Below the pieces are notes generated by a model. That model saw only the letters and a program-made list of their open reading frames with translations. It was not told the origin of the DNA and ran no database searches. Positions 26,809 to 40,179 of a stretch of 64,000 nt of DNA are shown here, in pieces. Position 1 is the first letter of the stretch, and every line of letters begins with the position of its first letter. Source of the stretch: Geosiphon pyriformis uo1 (taxonomy: Eukaryota > Fungi > Glomeromycota); the NCBI GenBank assembly GCA_016748015.1, contig JAAOMT010000239.1, forward strand, positions 282,356 to 346,355, given 5' to 3'. The translations under genes and the position numbers were made by a program.

Positions 26809-27823
26809 TAGTGTTCTGATTGGTTTGGTTAAAACCGAACTGAACCATGATTTGACTCATCAGTTTTGGTTCGGTTTTTGAAGTAAACCGAACTGGAATT
26901 TCAATTCGGTTTTTTTTCAGTTTCGGTTCCATATAAAATCGAACTGAAACCGAATCAAAAACCTGGTGATTGCATTCATGTAACATTGTGATAAGCATGA
27001 GAATAAATCATGCATCACATTTACATGACAACGTGAGAAATAAATTACAATTATGACGTGCAATTTTTTTTTTCGATCAAAAAAAATGCATAGACAATAA
27101 AAAAAATTGCCCATTATGTAAACTTTTTGCTTTTAACTCCCAGTGCAATAAAAAGCAACTTCCAAGATGTTAGGTAAGTGAGCCAGATAAGTGAAAAAGA
27201 AACATAATCAGCATATCAAATTTAAGTAAAAAGGCGCAAAGCTGAGTGTAAAAGCATTTTGAACTAATAGAAGAGATAAACGGAAAGAAAAGAGAAAAGT
27301 CCACCTACTGTAGACAAGTTTTATCTTAATAATAATAGTGAGATAATACATATTTTTATTTTTATTAATATTCCTATTTATAATAAAAAAATTTATGTTC
27401 TGGGAGAAAACAATATGATAAATCGCTTGAAGAATTTAAAAAAAAACCATCTAATCAAACTTAATAATAAAAATTCTGGAACATTGGATGGTTTTGTTCA
27501 GGATAAAAGAATTTCAGTCAGTATATTGATTTTTTTTATTTTATTTTTAATTTAGGAGCCCAAATGATTCGGACATATATGTGCTTGAAAAGTTGGTAGC
27601 AAAGTAGCATCATTAATGATTAAAGTCATTGTAAATAAAATTGTGTGATTTGTCTTTATTTGTGTATTCAATTTTAACTATTGTAATTTCGGTTTTCAGT
27701 TTGGTTCCAGTTTAGTTCAGTTTTTTACCTCAAAAAACTGAACTGAAACTGAACTGAAAAAAAAAATTGATTCAGTTTTGATTTAAGGAGAAACTGAACC
27801 AAACTGAACTATTCAGAACACTA
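26809..27823 (+). mobile_element. Internally deleted hAT transposon (non-autonomous)
   Basis: Perfect 11-bp TIR TAGTGTTCTGA / TCAGAACACTA; many subterminal AAC(C/T)GAA repeats at both ends; BED zinc-finger remnant S*V*KHFELIEEINGKKREKSTYC (~27240-27312); no clear 8-bp TSD. Confidence 0.8.
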
Positions 27824-27829
27824 GCTGAA

Positions 27830-28950
27830 ATAAATTATAAATTAGTGCACAAAAACTTTTTAACTAGTCTAAAAGAAGATAATAATTTAAAATTTTTAAA
27901 ATATAATACTTTCAAAAAATTATGACATTAATTGATACCAGAAATTCAAATTATGAGTTTTAAAACTGATTTGTGTAATACTTGTTAACATTTTAGAGAT
28001 AATTTACATTTTAATGTTTATCAAAAAAAAAGCCAAAGAATTACTTAAAAAATTTAAAGAGCATTTGTTTAAAAAAATATTATAATAAAAATATTAAGTT
28101 AGCAAAAAAATAAAAAAAATTAGTTAATCTAAAATATTTAGAAAGTAAAATACAATATTATAGTATTGATATTACCAGATATTATAGTTATAATTAAGTC
28201 TAGAATGTTTATATACCCTATTTAAATTAACAAATAAATAAAATCTATTATCTTAGTTTATGTAAAGCTCATTTATTTGGTATTTAAAATGAATTAATAG
28301 GAAAGCAAATTAATTATGTTCTTAATAAAAATAAAATTATAGATAAAGATTTCAATAGTACACTTAATATAATCTTTAATGAAATTAAGAAATTGAATAA
28401 AAATAAAAAACATTTAAAAATTACTTGGGATAATATAGATAAACAAAATAATAATAATGTAACAATTTGATTTTATTTAAATTTAGTAATTTGCGAATAT
28501 TATAAAAGTGTTGAATTAATTTTATAGTTTCAAGACATATTAAATTTAAATAAAATAATAATTTTAACATGATTAAAAAACTTTACAAAAAAACGAAAGT
28601 AAATTGTTTAGATTATATAGTTTTAGTAATAAAAAAGTCTAGTTTAATAGAATTAAATAACACTTAATGTTATAAAAGTAGAAAATTTTTTTAATATTTA
28701 GATATTAATGCTATTTTGGAAATTTATTTTAAAAATTACCAAGTATCCAGAAATATTAATATTTTTTTTTGAAGCATTTAATTTTGTTGTAATTAAAGCT
28801 TTATTTATTTTAGTATTAATACTACTTTTTTTGAACTACAAAAGACAAGAATATTTTTACTAAAATATTCATATATTTGTTAAAAATAAATTCAAAAATA
28901 TTATTTGTTTAAGACTATTTTATACTGATAATAAATAAAACATTTAGAAT
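27830..28950 (+). mobile_element. Degenerate DDE transposase, Sola-like
   Basis: Remnants TDLCNTC (~27965), KAHLFGI, INYVLNKNKI, TWDNIDKQNNN (cf. DNxGGQNKN, ~28420-28458) and FIVSRHIKF (cf. FMVPGHTKF, ~28521-28548). Confidence 0.6.
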
Positions 28951-31303
28951 AAAATTACTTTTATGACTTTGTTACTTATTAATTTGTTTTTTGCTATTAT
29001 TAAGTTTTAACAAGTTTAATTTTTTGACAAATATTGTCAGTTTTATCTACTTTAAAATAAAAAAGTACTAAAATAATTTATATACTTAATATGTTTTCAT
29101 AAAAAAAATATAAGTATATTAAAAGAATAAAAAAGCAAAACCATAATAAATATTATAAAAACACAAAAAAAGCAAATAAAAAACTATTAAATGAAATTAA
29201 ATTATTAAAGAAGCAATTAGCCAATAAAAAAAAATTTGAAATTAAGAATTTGAAATATAGTTAAAAATACTGTTAAAAAATATAAAATCTTAATATTAAA
29301 AATCTTATAAAGATTTAAATAACTTAAAAATAATTAAGTAAATTATCTAAAAAGAAATTTAACTGAATTTAGAAAAGTGGTTTTTAGTAATAAATTTATT
29401 TTTGAAAATATTATTAATAGTTTTGCTAATAAAGTATAATATTATGAGCAATATTTTAATTTTTATGTTAAAAAAAATACTGAATTAAAAAAAACTAATT
29501 AAAAGTTAAAAAAAAACAAGAGAAATTAGAAGCAAAAATAAAAAAAATTAGATAATAAAGTATAAATAGAGCAAAAAAAGGCTGAAAAAGCATTAAATAA
29601 AGCCATGAAATAAAATAAAATAACAAATATTTGAAACTGTATTATAGTATGATACTATAATAGACAAATTTTAAGACTAAATAAATTTATTAAAAAATAA
29701 TTTGTTGGTTAAAGATTGAAAAATAAATCAAAAAAATTATTTAGAAAACAAAAAATTATTAATTTTATCAAAACAACAAAAAAAAACGGATTATATAAAC
29801 TCAAAAAATTAGTAAACAAAATAAAAGAAAACTAAAAAGTTCCAAACTTTTATTGTTTAGAAAAATAAATAATTTAATATGAGATTAAAATATAAAATTT
29901 TAAAAATAATTTAGTAAGATAAACAAAAATATAACTTTTGTTTTCTAGATTTTAATGACTTAATTTTTCTTAATTTTAATACTGTTTTTACTATTCATTA
30001 AATAATGGCTTATAATATTCTTAATAATTATTTTGACATTGTTTTTATCTGTAGTAAATATAAAAAAGATTATGATAATAATACTTTTCTATAATATAAA
30101 AAATATAATAGATTAAAAATTAAATTACTTTTTAATAAAGATTTACTTTTACAAATTTCCAGTTTTTATTTAGAAAATAAAACTAAAGAACTAGAAAAAA
30201 AGTTATTAATTACCAAAAAAAAATTGAAAATTGAAAGAAAAAAAATAGCCAAGTTTTAAGAAAAATTAGAAAAGTAAAGTAAAAAACAAAAACAAAAATT
30301 ATTGAATAAGATTAAACAACAAAAAGCAAAATTATTAAATTAACTCAGAAAATTGAACAATTGAAAACTTTAATTCTTTAAGAGTTAATTAATAAGTTAA
30401 ATGCTTATAAGACAAAGAATAAGAAATTAAAGAATTAGTTAAAACAATTACAATAGAATGGTTAATTAACTACTCAAATTAAAATCAAAAAAACTAAAAG
30501 ATGATTTTAATTAAAAATAAAGGAAATTTATTCTAATTATTAAAGAAAATGATATTTATTTTCTTTTTAAAGATTTTTGTTTTTTATTAGGTAATAATAT
30601 ATTATCATGATGATTTTTTTTTCCAATATTTATTATTTTTTTTTCTTCTTAATAAATTTTATAGGTAATTCTTTCTTTTCTTAGATAAGTTTCCAGTGTC
30701 TAAGTATTATTTATTATAAAAATATAAAAAACAATTTTTTCATTTTGTTCTTTTTTCAAAATACTTCTAATGGTACTGTAATTCTTTGGCTCTATAGTAA
30801 ATCTAATATAAATAAGTTTTATATTAATTATTTTTATATAGAGATAATTCTATATATCACTTAATATTAAAAGGATAACAAATAAAAAATTTTAATAATC
30901 ACATTACTAAATTTTGATTTCTGAAATCTTTAATAATACCAATGTTCACTTTGTCTGGTTTTGTTGCAGTATGCTCCATATATTAAAATCCACTAAGTTG
31001 TAATTAGTAATTTTATTTTATTGTGTTACATTTTTAGTGAGCCTTGATTTAACTTTTTTCTTATTTTATTAAAAAATAATAAGGCGTTAGTTTTTGGCTA
31101 CATAAAGTTTGAATCACAATGTTCCTACATTAATAAATTTTTATAGTTTGATTTTAGAGCGTGAATCATTCTATAAATTTATTTCTTAAACTAACTCCCT
31201 TTAAAAAACCTACTATTTATTTAATAAAAGCTTTTGAAAAAATTATCTTTTAAAACTTCAAAAAACATAAATACCTATTCACACTTTATCCTTTATTTAC
31301 ACC

Positions 31304-32295
31304 ATGGAAAACCTTGAAATTGAAAGAACTCTTCCAAAAGCTCATGTCAAGAGGATTTTCAAAAAAAAATAGGAAATAATTGCGGGGCATACCAATTCTT
31401 ATTTTATTTTTTATAAAGACCTTTCAAGTGGCAATAGAGTAGTTGATGAAATAATTAAGAATCCAATCTATATTCTACCTACTGAAAATTCTTCTAGTAG
31501 AGAGAGACTCACGCAAAACGTGAGTGTGGAATTGTGATGAATTTTGCTAAAGATGGAGACATGCGGAAGTATTTTTTAAGAAATTTCCCTTCTATCAGTT
31601 TGTATACTTCGCGTGGTATATGACATCAGGAATTTTAGAACTTCATTCTGCTGGTATGGTTCATCGTGACAATGTAATCATGCTAGTGTAAATAACAGCA
31701 GGAGCCGAGAAAAAAGGAATATATGGAGTAATTCCATGCATTCCACCAGAAGTTTTAAAAGGAGAAAAGTTTATAACGGCTGGTGATATTTATTGTTTTG
31801 CCATGAAATTATGGGAATTGGCAACAGGAAAGCCTCCCTTTCATGATCGTTCTCATGACGCCATTCTTATAATGGCTATTTTAAATGGTAAAAGACCTGA
31901 AATAACCTCCCCTTTTATTCCATCTTGTATTGCCAAAATAATTGAAGTGTTGGGACGCTAATCCTGAGAATCGTCCTACTGCCAAAGAAGTTCACAATAA
32001 GTTAGAGAAACTTGAGCAACTTGAAAGTTTCAAAATTTATGGGCCTTTAAAGGAAAGTCCTGAGATCTTACAGTTTGAAGAATCATAAAAGAAACGACGG
32101 AACGCGACGACTCGACAACAAAAAAACCATTAGAAAATTTTTCAAAATATATTAAATTCCTTAAAAAAACTATGAAACAGCAAAACCCTTGAAAATAGAT
32201 TGTTTAACAACAAATCGTTCAACGGTAATAATTCATCCAGAAGCAGTTTATACAAGTCGTCTTTTAACTGCTCAGATGGTTGATTTTTCAAAAGG
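31304..32295 (+). pseudogene. TKL-type protein kinase pseudogene
   Basis: MENLEIE start, SGNRVVDEIIKNPIY, GDMRKY, HSAGMVHRD, YGVIPCIPPEVL, LWELATGKPPFHDR, IHPEAVYTSR; large deletions and frameshifts relative to 32796-34198. Confidence 0.9.
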
Positions 32296-32795
32296 TTTGT
32301 TCATTTAATTTTTGAATTATTGACTTTGATTAATTAAATATTATATATTTAATTAAAATTATTTAAAAACAGAATTAAATAATTTAGAATGTAATAATTT
32401 ATTTAAATTAAAAAAATCATTTTAAATTTTAATTAAATTTGTTAAAGAGACATGTATGACTAAACAAAATTTATTATAAATAACGTTTTTTAAATTGAAA
32501 CAATTTATGCTTTTTATAGTGTTTTTGAAAACACTAAGTTAAATTCATTATTCGGAAATAATTTAATTTAATAAAAAGGTGAATCATAGATAAATTAGAA
32601 CACTAAAAAAATTGATAATAAATTTGACATAAAACATGCTCTGTTATTAAAGCATTAAACTAATCAAAGAATTGAGTAATAAATTTTAAAAGAGCAAATA
32701 AAAAATCATTACGAACGATCCGATCTTTAAAAATGCCATTAAAAAGTAAAATAAATTTTCAATATATGTTAGTTAAAATCAAATGAAAAAAATGC

Positions 32796-34198
32796 CTAAG
32801 TTACATAAACTTTGATGTTTTGCATAGCTAAAGGACGACTTGAATAAACTGCTTGTGGATGAATTATTCTTGACGTTTTCGTTGTCAAGTCGTCGTTTTC
32901 TGCATTTTGTTTTATATACTTCTCTGATTCTAAAAACTGCAACCGCTCATTTGAAGACCTGTTATTATACAAATCTTGAAGCTCAGTCAACCTCGCTTTA
33001 ACTTCTTTGGCAGTAGGACGATTGAATGGATTAGACTCCCAACACCTTTTAATAAGTTCAGCATAACAAGGTGGAATAAGGGGGGAGGTAATCTCAGGCC
33101 TTTGACCATTAAAAATAATATCTAATATGAGATCGCGGTCATGAGGACGATCATGAAAGGGAGGCTTTCCCGTTGCCAATTCCCATAATAACATCCCTAG
33201 ACTATAAATATCACCAGCCGTCGTAAACTTTCCCCCTCCTAAAACTTCTGGCGGAATATATGGAATTACTCCATATATTCCTGTTGTTGTTGTTGTTGTT
33301 GTTTGATGATTTGTAGGTTGACATAATCCGACGTCTCCAATTCTTACATAACTATTATTGAATTGTAAAATGTTGCCCGAGTGTAAATCGCGATGAACCA
33401 TGCCAGCAGAATGAATTTGATCAAGTCCAGAAGTTATAGACCACGCGATCATCAATTTATTAAACCAATTCGTTGAATGAAAATTTGTTGACATATATCT
33501 CCGCATATCACCATGTTGAGCAAATTCCATCACAATTCCATACTCTTGTGTTTCAGTGTTTTGCGTAAGTCCTATTACTTCAGAGATAAATGATAGGCCC
33601 CAATTCTTCAGAAACATAGATCTTTGTATATTTAACTATCAAAAAGGAAAGAACGATAAATAGTTAATTAGTTAAAATAATAAGGATTAAACTCAAAGAT
33701 AAACGCAAATAATAATAGTAATTTGATTACCTCTTTCAAGAGTTCATCATTCTTTAAAGTTGGTTTTATAAATTTTATTGCCACTTCATTATCTGTTTCT
33801 TCCTTCCAATTAGTTTTTCTTCTTTCATATTCACCACCACATTTTATACTATATTTATCAATTAAACCATCCACGTAGGTTGCTTTATAAACTGTAGCAA
33901 ACCCTCCCTCTCCAATTTTGTCAATATTTGATAAACGCTCCCATGGAATCCATTCATAATAAACAACTCTGCCATAGTGATCTCCAGATTTCCCATTAGG
34001 TGGAAGATAGATAGGAGTCTTGATTAATTCATCAACCACTTTATTACCGCTTGAAAAATCTTTGTAAAGTCTTTCCAAAAATATAGATTTGCATGCTCCA
34101 CACTTATTCCATCCATGTCCAACGCTCTCTTGACAGAAAGAACACACTTTACAATCATGAATTTGTGGACGATCTCCTTCAATATCAAGGTTTCCCAT
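32796..34198 (-). CDS. Tyrosine-kinase-like (TKL) protein kinase with N-terminal CxxC..CxxC region; exons 34198-33731 and 33635-~32796 (a small last exon is possible)
   Basis: IGEGGFATV, VAIK, HRDLHSGN, DVG, PYIPPE, DIYSLG, CWESNPFNRP; GTAATC..GATAG intron 33730-33636 joins the ORFs in frame. Confidence 0.92.
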
Positions 34199-34222
34199 GT
34201 GTGTGTGTGTGTGTGTGTGTGT
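34198..34222. repeat. (TG/CA)n microsatellite directly upstream of the kinase ATG
   Basis: About 12 TG units. Confidence 0.9.
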
Positions 34223-35391
34223 GAATAAAGAATGAAATGTGAATAAGTTATTATGAAAAGCTTTTATTAACAATATTTCTTTAAAAAGGGGTGGGGGAAA
34301 TTCTTATTTATAGTATTTCTCTTAATAAAAAACAGTTTAACTTTTTCATCAAACAATTGTTAAAAGTATTAAAGTTACCAGAGATTGATTAAATCATCAT
34401 TATTACAAGTATTAGTCTGATTAAGATTTGATATTCACAAAAAACGCCCAAGAATATTTCTCATTGTCTCGTTATTTTGAGTGTAAAAGGGGTCAGCTAT
34501 TATATCATAGAAAAACTTTTTCATATGAAATACTTACTAATTATGTGTCAAACTTTCCTCAACATTAAAAATAATTACAATAGGAAATAAAATCACCAAT
34601 CACAAAGTATCTTAAACGCAAGCTTAATATAATGATTTAATTTTTACTGATTTTTTCTCAATTCGTAACATGATCATTAATCAGTCTTGAAACGAAAATT
34701 TTTTTCCCATACTCTTAATATTTATATTTGCAAATACCATTTATAAGTGATTTAAAATTTGATAAAAAAAGTTTCCTTTTGAAACTATAATATAATTTAT
34801 CAAAACTTCAATAAAAATAATTTTGATTTACTCTATTTTGAGTCTCAATTTTTGTCTAAACATCCAGCATATCAAAACATCCAACATATCAAAATATGAG
34901 CGATCAAGTATTTATTCATTCCTTACACTAAATTTAATTTTAGAAATCTTACCATTAAAGATAATCTGACATATAGATGATGCGAAACATTCCAATTTTT
35001 AGTGGCTTATTTTTCAAATTAAAGCCTTAAACAAATTAGCTATTTTTGTACATGTATATGAGATCTAGACACCTATTACGAGATAGTATCGTTTTATTGA
35101 TTCAAATAAGATAAGGAAAGGGCTGAATTAAGAACAATACCAAAGAGTGATCATTATTTCATACCGTTTCGAGATAAAAGGTTACGAATTTGAAACAATG
35201 ATATCCCTTATCGGAGGATCTAATGAAAACGTGTGTAAGATTAATTATAATTTAGTTTCTTGAAAAAAAAAAAAACTTTCCTATACTATGATGATCTGGC
35301 TTTATGTGCTTTGCCATCTCTTTTGAAGAAAACTACAAAAAAAAATGAAGGCTTCCAGATCATAAATCATCTTAGTGACAGATAGCACTAG

Positions 35392-35715
35392 TGGAAAGGG
35401 AATATTTTTGCGACTTCTTTCGCAAAAGGAAATCTGAGTTTTTAGAGCCGGGATACTTTAGCGATACCTTCCTTCGCCAAAGGAAACCCGGGTTTTTAGA
35501 GCCTATTGCAGAGAGCTGAGCTATGGAGAAAAGATGGGAGGGGCACAGGTAAATTCAAACTAAGGACACTGCTCAATTAATGCATATTAGCTGCTGGAAA
35601 GGGGATACTTTAGAGACTTCTTCTGTCGCTAAAGGAAACCAATTTGAATTGGAGCTCGGTGGAAAGGTGATACTTTAGCGACAGACATCGCTAAAGGAAA
35701 TCAATTTGAAATTAG
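35392..35715. repeat. Four imperfect ~50-60 bp repeats with an internal inverted repeat (CTTTAGCGA-N6/9-TCGCTAAAG)
   Basis: Copies at ~35393, ~35450, ~35595, ~35660. Confidence 0.75.
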
Positions 35716-35879
35716 TTTAAGGATATGATTATTTACTCTTACAGAGCCACCTGAAGCTATAAAGAGAATAATGAGAAGAGAACGACGGTGTGATACAGGG
35801 CTTCTGGAAATTGCGCTCGGATCAATTAAACTTGCAAATGGAGTCGGCATTCCTTACTGAAAAACATAAAGCCCTTAAG

Positions 35880-35881
<2 letters not shown>

Positions 35882-35925
<44 letters not shown>

Positions 35926-35930
35926 GTTAT
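35882..35930. repeat. (TAT)n microsatellite
   Basis: Pure ATT run. Confidence 0.95.
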
Positions 35931-36594
35931 TGCTTCATTTATCATTGGATGCAATCAGGAATGCCGGGTCCATTAGCGAGTAATACATTATCTTCCAATA
36001 GCAGTCTTTTTGTCTAATCATGGGGAATTTGTGTCAATTTGTGATATCTTTTAAAATGGTTTGCACATTGATATCGATAATATTGTGTCTTGTAGGGTAG
36101 AGATCAATGACTTTTGTTAATAATTGAAAGTTATAATAATAAAATAGGTTTTATTGATTTTTTACGTTATAGGTGACACTGAATATCAAATGCTCCATAA
36201 ATATTTTGTTTCTAAAATTACTTTATTTAAAAAAACGTCTCCCTCTTCTATGAAAAGATACTTTTGCATTGATTTAATTTTTACTCCTGCGTTTCTTAAA
36301 ATGTAGAATTCAGGATATATCATTGAAAATGGCAACAATATTCTAGAAAACCTTTTAGTTAATCAATCTCGATAAGGCTAATACTTAATAATAGAAATTC
36401 TAAAAATAATCATGCTAATAAATGATCCAATGTTTTTCTCTATGTTTATTTAGAGAAATAGTATAAATACGAACTCCCTTCCTTTGAAAATTACTTTCTA
36501 AACTTACTACTAATAAAGTTTTAATAAAAGAAAAACTATTTTATCAACATTTTCATAATAGTTTATTCACATTTCATTCTTTATCGACACAAAC

Positions 36595-36971
36595 ATGGAA
36601 AATCTTGAAATTAAAAGAACTCGTCCAGAAATTCATGATTGTAACGAGTGTTCAACTTCTCAAGAGAGCATTCGAGATTGATAGAATAAGTGTGAAGCAT
36701 GCTTGTTCTTATTTTTTGAAAAACTTTACAAAGACTTTTCAAGTGACAATAAATTGGCTGATGAAATATTCAAGACTCCAATCTATATTCTACCTAATAA
36801 TGAAGATGAATATAAATAGTTTAAAACATTATGAATGGATTCCATTGGAGCGTTTATCAATAAAATTGGGTAAGGGGTTCGGCACAATTTATAAAACAAC
36901 CTATATTAATAGATTAATCGATAAAAGAATAGTGATAAGTTCTTTTAAAGAGATAATCAATTTATTATTTA

Positions 36972-37046
<75 letters not shown>

Positions 37047-37655
37047 ATTATTATTATTAATATTATTATTATATTATTATTATTGTTATTATTTTAAAGG
37101 ATTTAATTCTTATTTATTTATATTTTTTTTATTATTGTTTCTTTAATTAATTTAATTAAATATCTATCATTCTTTAAAGATCCATTTTCATTAATAATAT
37201 AAACACACTATTTTATATTTAAAATAATGGGAATTACACAAAACGCTAAAACAGTCGAGTATGAAATTGTGATGAAATTTCCCCTAACATGACAACACGC
37301 GAAAAGTATTTATCAACAAATTTTCATTCTAAAATTGGTCTAATAAATTAGAATTCGCGTGGCATATCCTAATGAACTTTTAACAATACATTCTATTGGT
37401 ATGATTCATCGTGAATTACTTACACTCAGGCAACATCCTACAATATGCTTATGATGAATCAATTGACACCTCGGATTATGTCAACCTACAAACAATGAAA
37501 CAAGAGCAAATAGTAAAATATGCATTAATTCCCATACATTCCCCCAGAAGTTCTAAAATGAGAAAATTTTACGACAGCTGGGAATTAGCAACAGGAATAC
37601 CTCCCTTTCATGATTGTCCTCATGACGAATCCTAATAATGACTATTTTAAATGAT
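36595..37655 (+). pseudogene. TKL kinase pseudogene; its intron carries a long (TAT)n tract (~36975-37090)
   Basis: MENLEIK start, YEWIPLERLS, LGKGFGTIYK, LHSGNILQ, WELATGIPPFHD; frameshifts. Confidence 0.88.
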
Positions 37656-37882
37656 CTTGTTCTTTTTATTTAGAAGAGTTTTTAAAATGATTAATTGTTA
37701 AATTTAAATTGAATATAATCAATTTTCTACTTGTAAATCTTGATTCATTTTAAATATAAAGTTTTTTATGTTTCTTTCAATATGTTAAAATATATTTTTA
37801 TTAATTTATTCATTTGATCTATTATAAAAGGAATTTTTCAAATCTGAAACCTCATATTTAAANNNNNNNNNNNNNNNNNNNN

Positions 37883-38137
37883 AAGATTTCAGGGAAGAGC
37901 TGTAACAATCACTTGATAAAGCGCTCTTTGAATTTCCCAGTATTCGATTGGTTGATGATAGGCTACCCCGGGTAAGTGCCAGCTAAATTTAAGTATTGTT
38001 CAAATTCATAAGCTTCTCTTTTTGAACCTAGCTGACTAGAAACCTACCTTTTTATTGTCTAATTTGAGTTTTATTAAACTCCACGATATATAGAGCGTGA
38101 AACCTATCGTATTACTATTAGATTGGAATCTAATCAT
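37883..38137 (-). other. Duplicate 5' part of the Myb gene at 40180-40967, running into an N gap
   Basis: 37883-~38156 matches 40713-~40986 with no difference seen; flanks on both sides are homologous but diverged. Confidence 0.75.
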
Positions 38138-38656
38138 ATTTTAATAATATGTATGCTATACGTTTTATCGAATCCTATTATATACCTTAATGATTTAATC
38201 ATCTGATAAAAACATTTACGCAATTTGCTGATCATTCTGATCATGGTGGCTCATATTAGCCGAAAATCCGAAGATTATTCTTAACCAACTATATTATATC
38301 TATAATAAGTAATGCTTAAAGAGATATTATTGATTTATATAAAAAAAATCAAAGAAATTATTTATTCAATATTATAAATATGAATTTTATATTTTAATAG
38401 CTTGATATTTAATATGAAATTTCATATTTTTTGCAATGTTAAGTTTTAGATACAAAAAATTATTATTAGTAATTTAAAATATAAATATGAATATAAATTC
38501 TGCTTAATTTTTATTTACTTTTAAAAATACTTTTGATACTTGATTATTTATATTTTTATATATTTGTTTTTTATCAGAATTTAATTTTGATAAGTTAATA
38601 AAAAGCTTTTTATAAAGTTTTGTAAATTTATTTTATGAAAATAATAACAAGAAGAA

Positions 38657-38687
<31 letters not shown>

Positions 38688-39494
38688 TGCTTTATAATGT
38701 TATTAATTAAAAAAGTATTTTTAGCCATTTAAAATAAATATGCTTATTCTGATACAAAGTTTAATCTTATTGGCATTAAATATGATATTAAAGTACTTAA
38801 GTTTCATTTAAGAAAAATCTTGCTTATTTTTTCTGATCAATTTTTAATTGATAAAATAAATATGAATTTAGCTTTAATTATTTTTTTTATGTTTAACAAT
38901 GTAAAACTTTTAGCTTTTCTNNNNNNNNNNNNNNNNNNNNNNNNNNNNNNNNNNNNNNNNNNNNNNNNNNNNNNNNNNNNNNNNNNNNNNNNNNNNNNNN
39001 NNNNNNNNNNNNNNNNNNNNNNNNNNNNNNNNNNNNNNNNNNNNNNNNNNNNNNNNNNNNNNNNNNNNNNNNNNNNNNNNNNNNNNNNNNNNNNNNNNNN
39101 NNNNNNNNNNNNNNNNNNNNNNNNNNNNNNNNNNNNNNNNNNNNNNNNNNNNNNNNNNNNNNNNNNNNNNNNNNNNNNNNNNNNNNNNNNNNNNNNNNNN
39201 NNNNNNNNNNNNNNNNNNNNNNNNNNNNNNNNNNNNNNNNNNNNNNNNNNNNNNNNNNNNNNNNNNNNNNNNNNNNNNNNNNNNNNNNNNNNNNNNNNNN
39301 NNNNNNNNNNNNNNNNNNNNNNNNNNNNNNNNNNNNNNNNNNNNNNNNNNNNNNNNNNNNNNNNNNNNNNNNNNNNNNNNNNNNNNNNNNNNNNNNNNNN
39401 NNNNNNNNNNNNNNNNNNNNNNNNNNNNNNNNNNNNNNNNNNNNNNNNNNNNNNNNNNNNNNNNNNNNNNNNNNNNNNNNNNNNNNNNNNNNNN

Positions 39495-39750
39495 TAATCC
39501 TGAAAATAATCATCCTACTGTTTAAGAAGTTGGTAGGTTTATATAAAAAATGAAGACATTTTATGAAATCAGATATATGAATTAAAAATAAGGGACCAGA
39601 TAACAAACTTTCAAAAAGCATTCAACTCTTAAAAAGATTATGAAATGCAATGACACATTAAAAATCTTAACAATGCTTATTTATCTAAGAACAGTTCACA
39701 TAAGTTATTCTTTAACTGCTCAAATTGTTGATTTTTCAACAAATTTGTTC
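39495..39750 (+). pseudogene. 3' remnant of a TKL kinase
   Basis: NPENNHPTV (cf. NPENRPTA) and TSYSLTAQIVDFS (cf. TSRLLTAQMVDFS in the 31304 copy); 5' part lost in the gap. Confidence 0.6.
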
Positions 39751-40179
39751 TTTTAATTTAGAGATTTTTATAGTAATTAATTTTTAAATTTGAATTAAAT
39801 GTTTTTAAATTCCAAGTTAAAATATGATTTTGTATTTTTACCATTAATCATATTTAGACAACTCTTAATATATCTAATCGTCATCGCTTATTTTTAATTT
39901 TCTACTTGTAAATCTTGATTCATATTAAAAAATAAAGTTTCTTATGTTTCTTTCAATATTTTAAAATGTATTTTTATTAATTTATTCATTTAATTCATTA
40001 TAAAAGGAGTTTTTTCACATTTGAAATCCATATTTAAATAAATTANNNNNNNNNNNNNNNNNNNNNNNNNNNNNNNNNNNNNNNNNNNNNNNNNNNNNNN
40101 NNNNNNNNNNNNNNNNNNNNNNNNNNNNNNNNNNNNNNNNNNNNNNNNNNNNNNNNNNNNNNNNNNNNNNNNNNNNNNN

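Noticed and set aside
15833-27114. Many short K/N/I/F/L-rich ORFs
   Set aside because: Chance frames or fragments of eroded transposons, not genes
29100-30550. A-rich, coiled-coil-like decayed coding sequence
   Set aside because: Too eroded to assign
35437-35505. GTTTTTAGAGCC twice, resembling the type II CRISPR repeat start GTTTTAGAGC
   Set aside because: Only ~10 bp match, two copies, eukaryotic context, no cas genes
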